Notes under the pieces: model-generated
What the model was told of the DNA's origin: nothing
Database searches by the model: none
Seen by the model: only the letters and a program-made list of their open reading frames with translations
Made by a program: the position numbers and the translations under genes
Shown here: piece after piece, positions 1 through 9,768 of the stretch
How positions within the stretch are numbered: position 1 is the stretch's first letter
Layout: the number at the start of each line of letters is the position of its first letter
IMG/VR virus record: IMGVR_UViG_3300028886_000001
From: a virus
Taxonomy: Duplodnaviria; Caudoviricetes
DNA length: 64,000 bases
Reading direction: 5' to 3' (one strand)

Positions 1-744
1 ATATTTAGCTTTAATAGCATTAGCTACTTCATCAACATTTCTCATATTTTCAATAGAATCTGTAATATAAGATATATTAACTCCTGTAACAGTAGTTGAT
101 TCTACTTGAATTGGATCTGCTGGAATCATTGGTCGTACTGTAGTTTCTAATCCTGTATTAGGATCTAGATATAATACATTATCTGATTCATTTGTCTTAG
201 TAACAGCTAAAGGAACTGCATCTTCAGATGGTTTAACTGGTGTTCGTAATCCAGTTGAAGGATCAAGATATAATGGTTGTCCAGCTTCATTAACAACAGT
301 TATTTTTATAGGATCTGCTCCTATAGTTGGTTGTGTTGTTGTTTCTAATCCTGTTACTGGATCTTTGTATAGTTTCTTACCATCAGCATCTACTTTATCT
401 GTATAAGTCTTTTCAACTTTTTGAGATACTTTAGCAACAACAGTTTTGTTAGCTAGTGCAGCATCATCTGCTACTATTCTCTTTGCCAAAACAACTCCAC
501 CATTGTTTACAATATAAGCAGCTTGTAGTAATGGTTGTCCATGTTTAGCAAAAGAAATATTATTTCCGTATCTATTGAAGAATGTATTTCTTGTACTTAC
601 CATCATTTCTTCTGGACCTTTATCAGATGTAAAAGCTGTAAAGAACAATGGAACTTCATAAATACTTGTAGTATTTACATTACCGATTTGAGATTGGTCT
701 ACCCATTCAATTTGAGTATTAGGGTATCTATAAATATTAGCCAT
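1..744 (-). CDS. Contractile tail sheath protein, N-terminal part (runs off window start)
   Basis: Not in ORF track. ATG at 744 with GGAGGT SD, open to position 1: MANIYRYPNTQIEWVDQS...FTSDKGPEE...KHGQPLLQAAYIVNNGGVVLAKRIVADDAALAN, resembling jumbo-phage sheath N-termini; three LYxDPxTGLxT repeats. Confidence 0.7.
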   Translation of the reverse strand, partial: MANIYRYPNTQIEWVDQSQIGNVNTTSIYEVPLFFTAFTSDKGPEEMMVSTRNTFFNRYGNNISFAKHGQPLLQAAYIVNNGGVVLAKRIVADDAALANKTVVAKVSQKVEKTYTDKVDADGKKLYKDPVTGLETTTQPTIGADPIKITVVNEAGQPLYLDPSTGLRTPVKPSEDAVPLAVTKTNESDNVLYLDPNTGLETTVRPMIPADPIQVESTTVTGVNISYITDSIENMRNVDEVANAIKAKY

Positions 745-801
745 GTTTATACCTCCTTTAATTTCAATTAATAGAATTAATCAACTTTATTAATTAAATC
801 T

Positions 802-813
802 TATTCTTATGTT
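802..813 (-). promoter_or_regulatory. Putative late (nvRNAP) promoter AACA-N6-TA
   Basis: AACA-TAAGAA-TA upstream of sheath gene. Confidence 0.55.
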
Positions 814-821
814 ATTTTACA

Positions 822-1544
822 CTAAGTAGTTAGCAAGTTCTCCAATGGAACATATCTTGTGTTTTTGTTCATAGATGCGTTTAGGATGCCTTCATCCCAA
901 ACTTCACTAGTAATAGAGGTATAGGCAGTTATATATTTAGGTATAAGTCTAATATTAATACATATATATTCATTCATATTATTCATATTAGAATATCTAA
1001 ATGGTCTCTTTACATTATTAGGATCTCTAGCCATTTCTGATACTATAATACCATACATCTGCATATTTAATCCATAATCTCCTCCATTCATACGGACATT
1101 ATTAGGGAAATATTCATGTAGTTTATCATATGGTATAGTAGTAGGTAAATCGCCAGTCAATAATAATCTAAAAAATGTTTCTGCATTAGAAACCATCTCT
1201 GGTACATGTATAGAAGATATAACTTCATCACCTTTTTTAAACTTTAATATCCTATAGTCCTTAGCTTCTATATACTTTGTAAGCTTTACATTCTTTAATT
1301 TCTCTATACTATTAGGCTTACACATAAACATAGTAGGACAATTGAATCTTTTTAATCCTTTAGTCTTACCATTAGTATCAAATATAGCATAATCTAATAT
1401 ACCAAGTAAAGTTACATACTCACCATTTATTTCAGCTATATCTTTAGTAAAATAGCTTTCTGGTACATAGTATATAAGTTCTCCTTCTTGATTAAATAAT
1501 ATTCTCTCTCCATCTTTTTTTAAGAATGATGGTATCTTGCTCAT
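822..1544 (-). CDS. RNA polymerase beta-prime extreme C-terminal fragment (probable virion RNAP subunit)
   Basis: YGIIVSEMAR ~ HIEVIVRQM; TAYTSITSEVWDEGILNA ~ SFISAASFQETTRVLTEAA; PLENLL ~ GLKENVI; late motif at 1576-1587. Confidence 0.6.
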   Translation of the reverse strand: MSKIPSFLKKDGERILFNQEGELIYYVPESYFTKDIAEINGEYVTLLGILDYAIFDTNGKTKGLKRFNCPTMFMCKPNSIEKLKNVKLTKYIEAKDYRILKFKKGDEVISSIHVPEMVSNAETFFRLLLTGDLPTTIPYDKLHEYFPNNVRMNGGDYGLNMQMYGIIVSEMARDPNNVKRPFRYSNMNNMNEYICINIRLIPKYITAYTSITSEVWDEGILNASMNKNTRYVPLENLLTT

Positions 1545-1658
1545 ATATATTCACCTTCCTTTTAATTTACTTATATAAATGTGTGTTAAATATTTAAACA
1601 TATAAATAAAATTGTAATTAATATAAAATGTTTAACTCCTTCCTTAATATTTTAAAAA

Positions 1659-1686
1659 CCCAGTAAGCTATTATAAGCTTACTGGG
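1659..1686. terminator. Intrinsic terminator hairpin
   Basis: CCCAGTAAGCT-N6-AGCTTACTGGG with A/T tracts nearby. Confidence 0.7.
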
Positions 1687-1697
1687 ATATTTTTGTC

Positions 1698-2693
1698 TTA
1701 TATAGAAGGTGTTGTCAATATAACGATATCTCTAATATTAGCTATAGGAACTCTAATCATAGAATGTTCAAAATGTTCTGAGCAATCTACTACTAGACTA
1801 TATAGCTTACTATTATCAGATGATCTTATTATCTTTACTATCTTACCATAAACATGTTGAAGTTTTAATAGACTTGTATCTACATAATACATTTCTATTA
1901 TGTTTCCTTCTCTTATTATGATTTCTTTACATTCATTAGAAGCATATACAAATCTTAATCTTACAGATAAGATTGTTTCTTGTTCTACAAACATAACTGC
2001 TGTCTTATAAGATTCATTATTATCATTCATAGGTCTATTATCAAATGGTGTATTTGGATTATGATATCCACAATTACTATCATAATCATGACAATGATTA
2101 TGGTGATGATGACTATGGCATTTATCATATCCATGTGCATCATTATGATATACTGTTCTTGTATATTGTTCTCCATAACCATTATAAGACTCTGGTGTAT
2201 GAGTATGACCTTCTTCATAATCACATCCATATACATTATTAGGATCAAACAATGTATCATTTCCATCTTTATCATATCTATGGAATTGATTATGTTCATT
2301 ATAATCGTTAGGTGGTGGTGGATTATGATCTAAGGGACATCTATGAGGTGGTTCTGAAGCATAGTGATCATGACTACAACCATACTTGCTACAGTCTGGT
2401 CCTAATTTGAATTCTTTCATAAATATAGGATCATTAGGCTTTGGTGGTTTACATCTTCTATGATGATCTCTATGTAATATATGCATATATTCTCTATGAC
2501 TTAATGGTCTCATAGGAGTGCAAGGTGTTTCTACTTTATAAGCACTTTCAGGTATTTCTATGTCCTCTATAATATCTTCTTTAGGAATAGGGTCTATTGT
2601 TAAATCTGTAGATCCTTCGTTATTATTTCCAGTAGATGGTTGTTCCTCGGTTGGGTTCTCATCTACTGGAGTATTTTTATTTTCTTCATCCAT
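1698..2693 (-). CDS. His/Cys/Pro-rich low-complexity protein with globular C-terminal domain
   Basis: ORF track 1698..2765; start moved to MDEENK (2693) behind GGAGGT; late motif at 2739-2750. Confidence 0.7.
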   Translation of the reverse strand: MDEENKNTPVDENPTEEQPSTGNNNEGSTDLTIDPIPKEDIIEDIEIPESAYKVETPCTPMRPLSHREYMHILHRDHHRRCKPPKPNDPIFMKEFKLGPDCSKYGCSHDHYASEPPHRCPLDHNPPPPNDYNEHNQFHRYDKDGNDTLFDPNNVYGCDYEEGHTHTPESYNGYGEQYTRTVYHNDAHGYDKCHSHHHHNHCHDYDSNCGYHNPNTPFDNRPMNDNNESYKTAVMFVEQETILSVRLRFVYASNECKEIIIREGNIIEMYYVDTSLLKLQHVYGKIVKIIRSSDNSKLYSLVVDCSEHFEHSMIRVPIANIRDIVILTTPSI

Positions 2694-2794
2694 AATTTTA
2701 ACCTCCTTATAAATATATTTATAAGATCTTAAGACCTTTACTATATTGTTCACGTTTATATGCATGAATCAGTATAGTAAAGGTCTAGTTAAAA

Positions 2795-3916
2795 CTACTG
2801 TTTCTTTATTCCATTTTCTCTTATTAACTTAATTACTTCTTTTATATTATCTAATATTTCATTTCTAAAGTCACTCTTATCTGTCATGAATTCTAAATCT
2901 GCTATTAGTAATAGAGTATAATACATATAAGCATGCTCTACTAAATTATCTGGATGCATGTTTAATGTAATTCTCATAAATAAGATAAAGAATTCTTTTA
3001 TCTCATCTGCAGTATACTCTTCAACAGGTAATACTTTAGCTAATACTCTAGAAACAAGATTTATATCTTTAATTACCATCTTTGAATCTTTATATTTGTA
3101 ATTAAAGCTTGTACACATTCTATCGAAGTGTTTTAAATCCTTATCTAGTCTTCTTGCTACTTTATCTCCATTAGTTAAAGCTTCTTTTTGAAGTCTATAT
3201 GAATAAGAATCAATAAAACTAGCTTTTATCTCTCTAAACTTTTGAGCTTTATCAGGGAACTTCTCATCTAATTTCTTAGCATCATTTTCTAATGTAACAG
3301 TCATTCTTTCTTTTAATTCATCACCATACATATTAGCAAAGTTAAGTTTATCTATTTCATTAGTCAATGATTCTTGGAAGTCTATATATTCTTTATCCAT
3401 TAATAGATTAGATGCAAATTGTTCTATTAATATCTTAGCAGCAGCACCTAATTCTCTCATATCTGTAGATTGAGCCATGTTTCTTACTGTTTGTTGTAGA
3501 GATTCTGGCATAGCATTATATATACTAAACTTTTCTCCGTCTCTATATCTTTTTATTATACTTAGAATACAAGCAGCATCTTCATCTGATAAGTCATATA
3601 ACTTTTTATCATCATCAGATATTTCCATATCATCTGTAACTTGTTCCATCGGACTCTTATGTTCATCTACTAAATCTTCTAATGGTACTTGTTTAAAATC
3701 ATCAGCTTCATCTACAGGTCTAAATTGTTTTTCACCTGTTACTGGATCTACTGTTACTAATGCTTCTCCTTCTACTAGTTCTTTCTTAGTTTCTTCTTGT
3801 TTTACTTCTGGTTCTTTAGGACGACATTCAGAAGCAGTTTTTAATATTTCATTCATTTGAGCTTCTGTTAAATCATTAATATTAATTTGTCCTGCAGTAT
3901 TATTATTATTTTCCAT
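2795..3916 (-). CDS. Hypothetical protein (acidic N-terminus)
   Basis: 373-aa ORF with AAGGAG SD. Confidence 0.75.
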   Translation of the reverse strand: MENNNNTAGQININDLTEAQMNEILKTASECRPKEPEVKQEETKKELVEGEALVTVDPVTGEKQFRPVDEADDFKQVPLEDLVDEHKSPMEQVTDDMEISDDDKKLYDLSDEDAACILSIIKRYRDGEKFSIYNAMPESLQQTVRNMAQSTDMRELGAAAKILIEQFASNLLMDKEYIDFQESLTNEIDKLNFANMYGDELKERMTVTLENDAKKLDEKFPDKAQKFREIKASFIDSYSYRLQKEALTNGDKVARRLDKDLKHFDRMCTSFNYKYKDSKMVIKDINLVSRVLAKVLPVEEYTADEIKEFFILFMRITLNMHPDNLVEHAYMYYTLLLIADLEFMTDKSDFRNEILDNIKEVIKLIRENGIKKQ

Positions 3917-3931
3917 TTTCTGTACTCTCCT

Positions 3932-4711
3932 TTATATTAAACTATCTATATTCATATCTTCTACCATAGAGCAATTTTGTAATTCTAATTGTATATTAGA
4001 AAGTATAATTGATCTTATTGGAGATGATAGAATTGGAACTATTATTGTTTTATAGAAATCTCTATTAGGCATAAATATACTCTGTAAGAATTTAGATATA
4101 TTTTTATCGGCATATATTATATTAAGTATTATGTCAAATGATATATCTAAAGCCATCATTTGATTTACTACATAATCTATATTAGCAGATATAATAGCTA
4201 TCTTATTATTCTTATATAGCTTCTTAGAATAGATAGTTAGACTATCTTTTTCTTTTCTAAGTTCTTCTAATCTAAATGCTTCATATAAAGAATTCTTCTC
4301 TTTTATTATATAATTAGTATAGAATGCAGTTACATTCTTATCGAATGAAGATATTAATAAATCATATAAGTAATATGCAGCAGAATACTTATCTTGTATA
4401 TCATCTAAGTTATAGAATATATCAAATTTACTACATATTATCTCTATGCATTTACTATATACTTCATCTCTCTTATTTTTTATAGCTGCCATAGATTCTG
4501 TATCTGAATATATAGCAGATAGTTGTTTAAAGTAATCTTCAAATGATACTATTATATTTGGTTTATCTGTATTATAATATGTATACATGGTATTTATATT
4601 ATCCTCTATTAGACTATATAACAAGTCTTCATTTGATTGTGCTAGTATTATATTGATTTCGTTTTCTGTTTGTATATTGTACATTGTTGGATCTGACATG
4701 AATGAACTCAT
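3932..4711 (-). CDS. Hypothetical protein
   Basis: ORF track 3932..4777; start moved to MSSFMSD behind AGGAGG; late motif at 4739-4750. Confidence 0.75.
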   Translation of the reverse strand: MSSFMSDPTMYNIQTENEINIILAQSNEDLLYSLIEDNINTMYTYYNTDKPNIIVSFEDYFKQLSAIYSDTESMAAIKNKRDEVYSKCIEIICSKFDIFYNLDDIQDKYSAAYYLYDLLISSFDKNVTAFYTNYIIKEKNSLYEAFRLEELRKEKDSLTIYSKKLYKNNKIAIISANIDYVVNQMMALDISFDIILNIIYADKNISKFLQSIFMPNRDFYKTIIVPILSSPIRSIILSNIQLELQNCSMVEDMNIDSLI

Positions 4712-4783
4712 AAATTTATATCCTCCTTTTATTAAATATATTAATGTGTTTATGCCATGGTAAAAAAAGACAAGCATAGAGAT

Positions 4784-6841
4784 TTACTCTATGCTTGATG
4801 ACTTATTAAATTTATCCATATATGCTGTTTCGTATCCTTTTCTATGAGCTTTTATAGAGAATTGGAATTCGAAGTTATCTACTGATGATTCTAATACGAA
4901 ATAATCTTTAGACTTTTCTTTGATTCTATAATCACCGAATGATATCTTATATATGTCTACTATATAATCATTCTCTAAATCTACACTCTCTTTAAACATT
5001 GGATCTATTTCTATTTTTATTTCCTTAGACTTTCCTGTATTACATGATTTTAATTTGTTAGTCCAAGTTAATAAAGACTCTGCATCTTCTGTACTATAGA
5101 ATAATATATCCCCATAAGACTCTGTATGTTGTACACAGTTCTTAGAACCAGTTACAGATAAACATCTAGCAGTTATAGAAGAACCTGTTAAAGTTAGCGA
5201 TGGAGCAGTAGCAGAATCATAATTACCTATAATTATTTCTCCAGGGTTACCAGATCCATGGTATAGTGTACGTATTACTGGTCCTATACCGTCACCATTT
5301 ATTGTTCCAGATAAAGTTATTGACTTAGCATTTATATTAAGATCTAAATTCCTATCACCTATAGTCCAAAAGTTAGGATATCTAGATGCTGTATTACTAC
5401 TATTATAATTATAATGTACATCTATTAACGTATTATTTGTATTTTCTACTCTATTATTAGCATTATCATAAGAAGGAGCTATTAGCTTATATCCATTATC
5501 AACATAGAATGAACCACTCATAGGTTTACCATTAGCATTACCAGATGATTTTATATAAGTATCGCCTATATAACCACCATAGTTATATTGAGTTAATATA
5601 GTTCCACTATTAACTCTTGCTGCTGTACAATCTAATTGAAGTTCTTTGCCTGATGCACCAACATGTAATACTCCAGAACTATATTGTAATAGAGTTCCAG
5701 CTCCATCATTACTACTAGAAGATATATAAGCATCTTCATCTAAAGCAATATAAGAATTAGAATCTATTTTTAAAGCACTTGAAACATTAATTTCTTTTTG
5801 AGTATTACCTAATTGGATATATTTATCTTTTTCTTCTAATAGTATATCATTTAAATTAGAACTCCTAATACCAGCATCCTTAGTTATATATAAAGCACCA
5901 TTAAATGGATTAGCAGCTCCACTATATACTCTATTAGCAGGTATTTTGGCTGTCTTAGATAGATATACATCATCTAAAGTACTATTATAGTTATTAGTAT
6001 TTAATATCTTATATCCATTATACTTTAGATCTCCACTTCCCAATATAGATGTATTTATAGAACTATTACCTAATTCTACAGTACTATTTATAAGAGATAA
6101 TGCCATATAAGTATTATCTCCATCAGCCATGTATAATTTAGATTTCTCCATAACTACATCATTTAATAAATGTAATGGTTTACTATTATTACCTAGATAG
6201 ATGTATTTATCTTTTTCTATTAAGATATCATTATTAGATGATGATTTAATACCAGTATTAGCATTAAAATATATATCTGAAGCTATATTAATCTTACTCT
6301 TATTATCTCCTATAGTTATATTCTTTTGATTATCTCCTGTAATAAGATTATATACCGATGTAGGATTATCTCCTACTACTATATCTCCACCATAAGATAG
6401 CATAACTCTTTGTATTTTAGTATTTCTTATATTATCTTCTGTAAGAAATACAAAATCTTTATTCATCTTAGGATCTTTATAGAATGGAGTAGTACTAGCA
6501 GATAAATATAATTTAGAAGAAGTATCTCCTAAATTTATAGTATTATTAGTAGAATCAGATTGTAATAAGATTAGATTAGTATTATCTGATTTAGCACCGT
6601 ATATAGTATTAATATCTTTATTAGCTAGATATAATTTACCAGTAGATATAGATACATCTCCAGATATAAGACCTCCTGTTTTATCATACTTTGTTTCCTT
6701 TAATTTATCCCAAGAAGTAGTTTGTTCATCTGTTACTAATCTATGATCTTTATCTTGAATAATATTTTCACCCTTAGTTATAGGGTAATAGATCTTATTA
6801 TTAGCTTTATTTCTTAATAAAGTATTTATAGAATTACTCAT
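4784..6841 (-). CDS. Tail fibre/spike protein
   Basis: Start MSNSINT at 6841 behind GGAGGG; G/N/S-rich beta repeats; C-terminal KNCVQHTESYG...IDPMFKESVD...SIKAHRKGYE domain typical of Firmicutes phage tail spikes; shares modules with 16236..17810. Confidence 0.75.
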   Translation of the reverse strand: MSNSINTLLRNKANNKIYYPITKGENIIQDKDHRLVTDEQTTSWDKLKETKYDKTGGLISGDVSISTGKLYLANKDINTIYGAKSDNTNLILLQSDSTNNTINLGDTSSKLYLSASTTPFYKDPKMNKDFVFLTEDNIRNTKIQRVMLSYGGDIVVGDNPTSVYNLITGDNQKNITIGDNKSKINIASDIYFNANTGIKSSSNNDILIEKDKYIYLGNNSKPLHLLNDVVMEKSKLYMADGDNTYMALSLINSTVELGNSSINTSILGSGDLKYNGYKILNTNNYNSTLDDVYLSKTAKIPANRVYSGAANPFNGALYITKDAGIRSSNLNDILLEEKDKYIQLGNTQKEINVSSALKIDSNSYIALDEDAYISSSSNDGAGTLLQYSSGVLHVGASGKELQLDCTAARVNSGTILTQYNYGGYIGDTYIKSSGNANGKPMSGSFYVDNGYKLIAPSYDNANNRVENTNNTLIDVHYNYNSSNTASRYPNFWTIGDRNLDLNINAKSITLSGTINGDGIGPVIRTLYHGSGNPGEIIIGNYDSATAPSLTLTGSSITARCLSVTGSKNCVQHTESYGDILFYSTEDAESLLTWTNKLKSCNTGKSKEIKIEIDPMFKESVDLENDYIVDIYKISFGDYRIKEKSKDYFVLESSVDNFEFQFSIKAHRKGYETAYMDKFNKSSSIE
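5325..5542 (-). repeat. Fibre module B, copy 1 (inverted relative to 16431..16660)
   Basis: GGTAATGCTAATGGTAAACCTATGAGTGG...; first ~105 bp differ from the other copy at 3 positions. Confidence 0.9.
5579..5752 (-). repeat. Fibre module A, copy 1 (inverted relative to 17220..17393)
   Basis: Encodes IALDEDAYIS...DGAGTLLQYSSGVLHVGASGKELQLDCTAARVNSGTILTQYNY; about 90% nucleotide identity by eye. Confidence 0.9.
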
Positions 6842-6867
6842 TATATTCCCTCCTTTTGTATATATAT

Positions 6868-6879
6868 TATAAAAATGTT
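6868..6879 (-). promoter_or_regulatory. Putative late promoter AACA-N6-TA
   Basis: AACA-TTTTTA-TA between a terminator hairpin and the fibre gene SD. Confidence 0.6.
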
Positions 6880-6923
6880 GAAAATAAAGAGAATGGGAGT
6901 TTAGCCCCATTCTCTTTAATATA

Positions 6924-8453
6924 TTAACTTACACTTAATCTTAATATTGTTACTTCTCCAGTTACACCGTAATAATATGAGCTATTCCAATAGCATACAT
7001 ATGTTGATTCTCCTTTATTCATTGTACGTTCAGTATATCCAGATTGATCTTGTGAGCTTGCAATAACAGCATAACTATAAGAATATCCACCTACGTGTAT
7101 TGTATGACCAGTATTTGATCCATTAACTCCAGTACAACGCACTAGAAATAAATATATACCTTTAACTGGAGCAACAAATTTCAATACTTTTTGAGATGAA
7201 TTAGCACTAGCTGTAACCGTAGAACAACAAGAATTATAATTATAATTAGATGTATTTATACCATTAGCATTAGTTACAGAACCAGCAAACATTAGTGTGC
7301 TTGTAGTATTTAATTTACTATTTATCTTATAATCAATATCTGATGGTGATTCTGTATAGTCAGTAACTTTATTTCCTTTTTCTAATTTTAAATAACGTAT
7401 TATAACTAAATATCCTCCAGCTGTACTATTTGATCCTTCATGTCTTAATCCGCCTTGTGCTGAAGTAAATCCATTATTAGGAGTTGTAAATGTATAACCA
7501 TGTACAGCACCATCAAAAGTTAAACCAAACTGCTGACTGCTTATAGTCTTTCCATCTTTCATATATTCAAATACCCAACTTGCACCTTTTACATTATTTT
7601 CTTTAGTACATATTAAAGATAATGTATATTGAGTATTTGGAGATAGAGCCATAGATGTCCATAAACCTCCAGGTGATGTTGAAGAGTTTTGAATAGCTGT
7701 ACCACCAGTTACAGCAAGGTTATAATGGCTACAACCACCCCACCACCAATATCCTCTAGGAGTAGCTACATTACCATCTGTAAAGTTACCATTGTTAATG
7801 TAATTTCTTCCACCGATATTAAGGTTTCCAGTGTGATAAATATCATGTTTATTACCGCTTGTATCTAAATATTGTGGTGTAACTGAACTTCTAATCCAAG
7901 TAGGAATATTGGTGCCTCCTAAATAACAAGCATCAGATATTACAGCTATTCTCTGTTCTGCACCATTAGAATCTTTACCATATATCCCTTTTCCATTAGA
8001 AAATGTTAATTCAGAATTATTAAATATTACCTTTTTCGAAAATGTTGTTTGCTTACCTACTTCAAAAGTCCAATCATTATTAACTTTCCAAATAGGTTCT
8101 TTGTTAGTAGGATCCCATAATCCTATTATAGTAAGAGAGTCTGTAGAATTTCCTTTGTAAAAATAAGTTTGTAACTTAGACTTACCACAATTATTAAAGG
8201 TTAAATGTTGTTCTGATGCAGCATTTAATACTAGATCACCAGTAAGGTTTCCTCCGCTTAATGGTAAATAATTATGCGTATGTCCTAATTTGCTATAAAC
8301 ACTATCATGGTTATGTGTGCTACTAGCTTTTGAATCTAAAGTAGTTTGAAGATTGTTTACGTCTGATATATTGTGTTTATGTGAATCTAATTTCTTATTT
8401 AATTTTAATATACGACTTAGTATATTCTTTATTGCATCTTTAGAAATTATCAT
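6924..8453 (-). CDS. Tail fibre protein with HxH repeats and carbohydrate-binding-like module
   Basis: HKHNISDVNNLQTTLDSKASSTHNHD and YLPLSGGNLTG fibre motifs; GGRNYINNGNF...KLEKGNKVTDYTESPSD galactose-binding-like module. Confidence 0.8.
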   Translation of the reverse strand: MIISKDAIKNILSRILKLNKKLDSHKHNISDVNNLQTTLDSKASSTHNHDSVYSKLGHTHNYLPLSGGNLTGDLVLNAASEQHLTFNNCGKSKLQTYFYKGNSTDSLTIIGLWDPTNKEPIWKVNNDWTFEVGKQTTFSKKVIFNNSELTFSNGKGIYGKDSNGAEQRIAVISDACYLGGTNIPTWIRSSVTPQYLDTSGNKHDIYHTGNLNIGGRNYINNGNFTDGNVATPRGYWWWGGCSHYNLAVTGGTAIQNSSTSPGGLWTSMALSPNTQYTLSLICTKENNVKGASWVFEYMKDGKTISSQQFGLTFDGAVHGYTFTTPNNGFTSAQGGLRHEGSNSTAGGYLVIIRYLKLEKGNKVTDYTESPSDIDYKINSKLNTTSTLMFAGSVTNANGINTSNYNYNSCCSTVTASANSSQKVLKFVAPVKGIYLFLVRCTGVNGSNTGHTIHVGGYSYSYAVIASSQDQSGYTERTMNKGESTYVCYWNSSYYYGVTGEVTILRLSVS

Positions 8454-8480
8454 TTGTTGTCACCTCGTTTTACAAAATTT

Positions 8481-8513
8481 AAATGACTATAGACGAATCT
8501 ATAGTCATTTTTT
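8481..8513. terminator. Intrinsic terminator hairpin
   Basis: AAATGACTATAGA-CGAA-TCTATAGTCATTT. Confidence 0.7.
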
Positions 8514-8528
8514 ATTTATATAGTTATC

Positions 8529-9272
8529 TTAAACTTGATTTTCATTTTGTACTTCAGCCCATAGACTATCTATAGTAGATGAAGTAATTTCAGTTGTATC
8601 TATATCTCCAACTTTAAGTAACTTAGTGCCACCATAAGTAGGATTTCCAGTTTCATCTTCAGATAATTTAGCTAATTGAGCTGCATTATCATGAGTATGA
8701 GAAGTTCCTTGTAATGTAGTGATATCAGTTCTTAATCCAGCTAGTTTATCAGTTAAATCTTTATTTAACTTCTTTTCTGCTATAGAACCATCTACTAATT
8801 CAGCAGAGATAGCTTTTGTACTGCCATCTACAGCTACTTTGATTTCAGTTCCAGTACTTCCTACATAAGTATCAATGAATGCTGACATAGATACTTCTTT
8901 AGTAGTACCATCTTCTAAAGTAAGAACTAATTTTTCTGATTCTGCATTGTAATCAAAATTAGTAACTACCTTTTCTAATAATGTATCAATAGTATCAGAC
9001 TTACCATCTTTCTTATTGATAGTAATTATACCTGTCTTACCATCTATAGATAATCCAGTTACATAGTCTGTTGGTACAGATGGTAATGCTATATTAGTAG
9101 CTTCTCCTGCTACAGGTGTAACTACTATACTATTACCATCTTCACTTAGTGCTACAGTATTTACAACACCATTAACTGTAGTTTGTAGAGCACCGATAGC
9201 ATCAGAATTGACTTTATCAGCCCCTTGAATCTTTCTTAACAAGCTCTTTAAAGCATCTTCAGTAATGATCAT
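8529..9272 (-). CDS. Fibre/adaptor structural protein
   Basis: Repeated beta-hairpins, SHTHDN motif; N-term MIITEDALKSLLRKIQ, C-term ITSSTIDSLW. Confidence 0.7.
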   Translation of the reverse strand: MIITEDALKSLLRKIQGADKVNSDAIGALQTTVNGVVNTVALSEDGNSIVVTPVAGEATNIALPSVPTDYVTGLSIDGKTGIITINKKDGKSDTIDTLLEKVVTNFDYNAESEKLVLTLEDGTTKEVSMSAFIDTYVGSTGTEIKVAVDGSTKAISAELVDGSIAEKKLNKDLTDKLAGLRTDITTLQGTSHTHDNAAQLAKLSEDETGNPTYGGTKLLKVGDIDTTEITSSTIDSLWAEVQNENQV

Positions 9273-9326
9273 ATAAACCACTCTCCTTTTATCTTATGTA
9301 TAAATTAAGGTTTATTTATAGATAAA

Positions 9327-9743
9327 TTATAGATTGTTCCATAATTTATCTATATACTCTGTTGTTATAACAAATTTCGGATTAGATATCAAAATATCTA
9401 AATTTACTTTACTATTAAAATACATAATAAATGAATTTTGTTTATATATTATCTGTTTTACCCCTGTAATACCACCAGTAGAATCTATTAGAGTTACATC
9501 TACATCTTGTATTCCCATATTGTGTTCTACTGTGCATTGATATAATGCATCTATACTTTTATCTGTATTAGATGTCCAATCTGCAATTTTAACTGACTTA
9601 GATATACTAGGTATATTTTCATTAGAAGTTAATTTCTTTAAAGATACATCTAAAGTTTCATTTCCATTAACAATATTAGTTGTTGATGTCTTTGGGTATA
9701 TCTCTTCTTTTTGATCGTTTCTTAATATAACTCTTTTTGCCAT
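9327..9743 (-). CDS. Small fibre adaptor protein
   Basis: N-term ILRNDQKEEIYPKTSTTNIV, HNMG motif, C-term ITTEYIDKLW. Confidence 0.7.
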   Translation of the reverse strand: MAKRVILRNDQKEEIYPKTSTTNIVNGNETLDVSLKKLTSNENIPSISKSVKIADWTSNTDKSIDALYQCTVEHNMGIQDVDVTLIDSTGGITGVKQIIYKQNSFIMYFNSKVNLDILISNPKFVITTEYIDKLWNNL

Positions 9744-9768
9744 ATTGCATTACCTCCTTTATAATATA

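Noticed and set aside
535-771. 78-aa plus-strand ORF
   Set aside because: Antisense to the sheath gene, which has the SD and protein motifs
1980-2333. Three short ORFs overlapping the His-rich gene
   Set aside because: Alternative-frame artefacts of low-complexity codons
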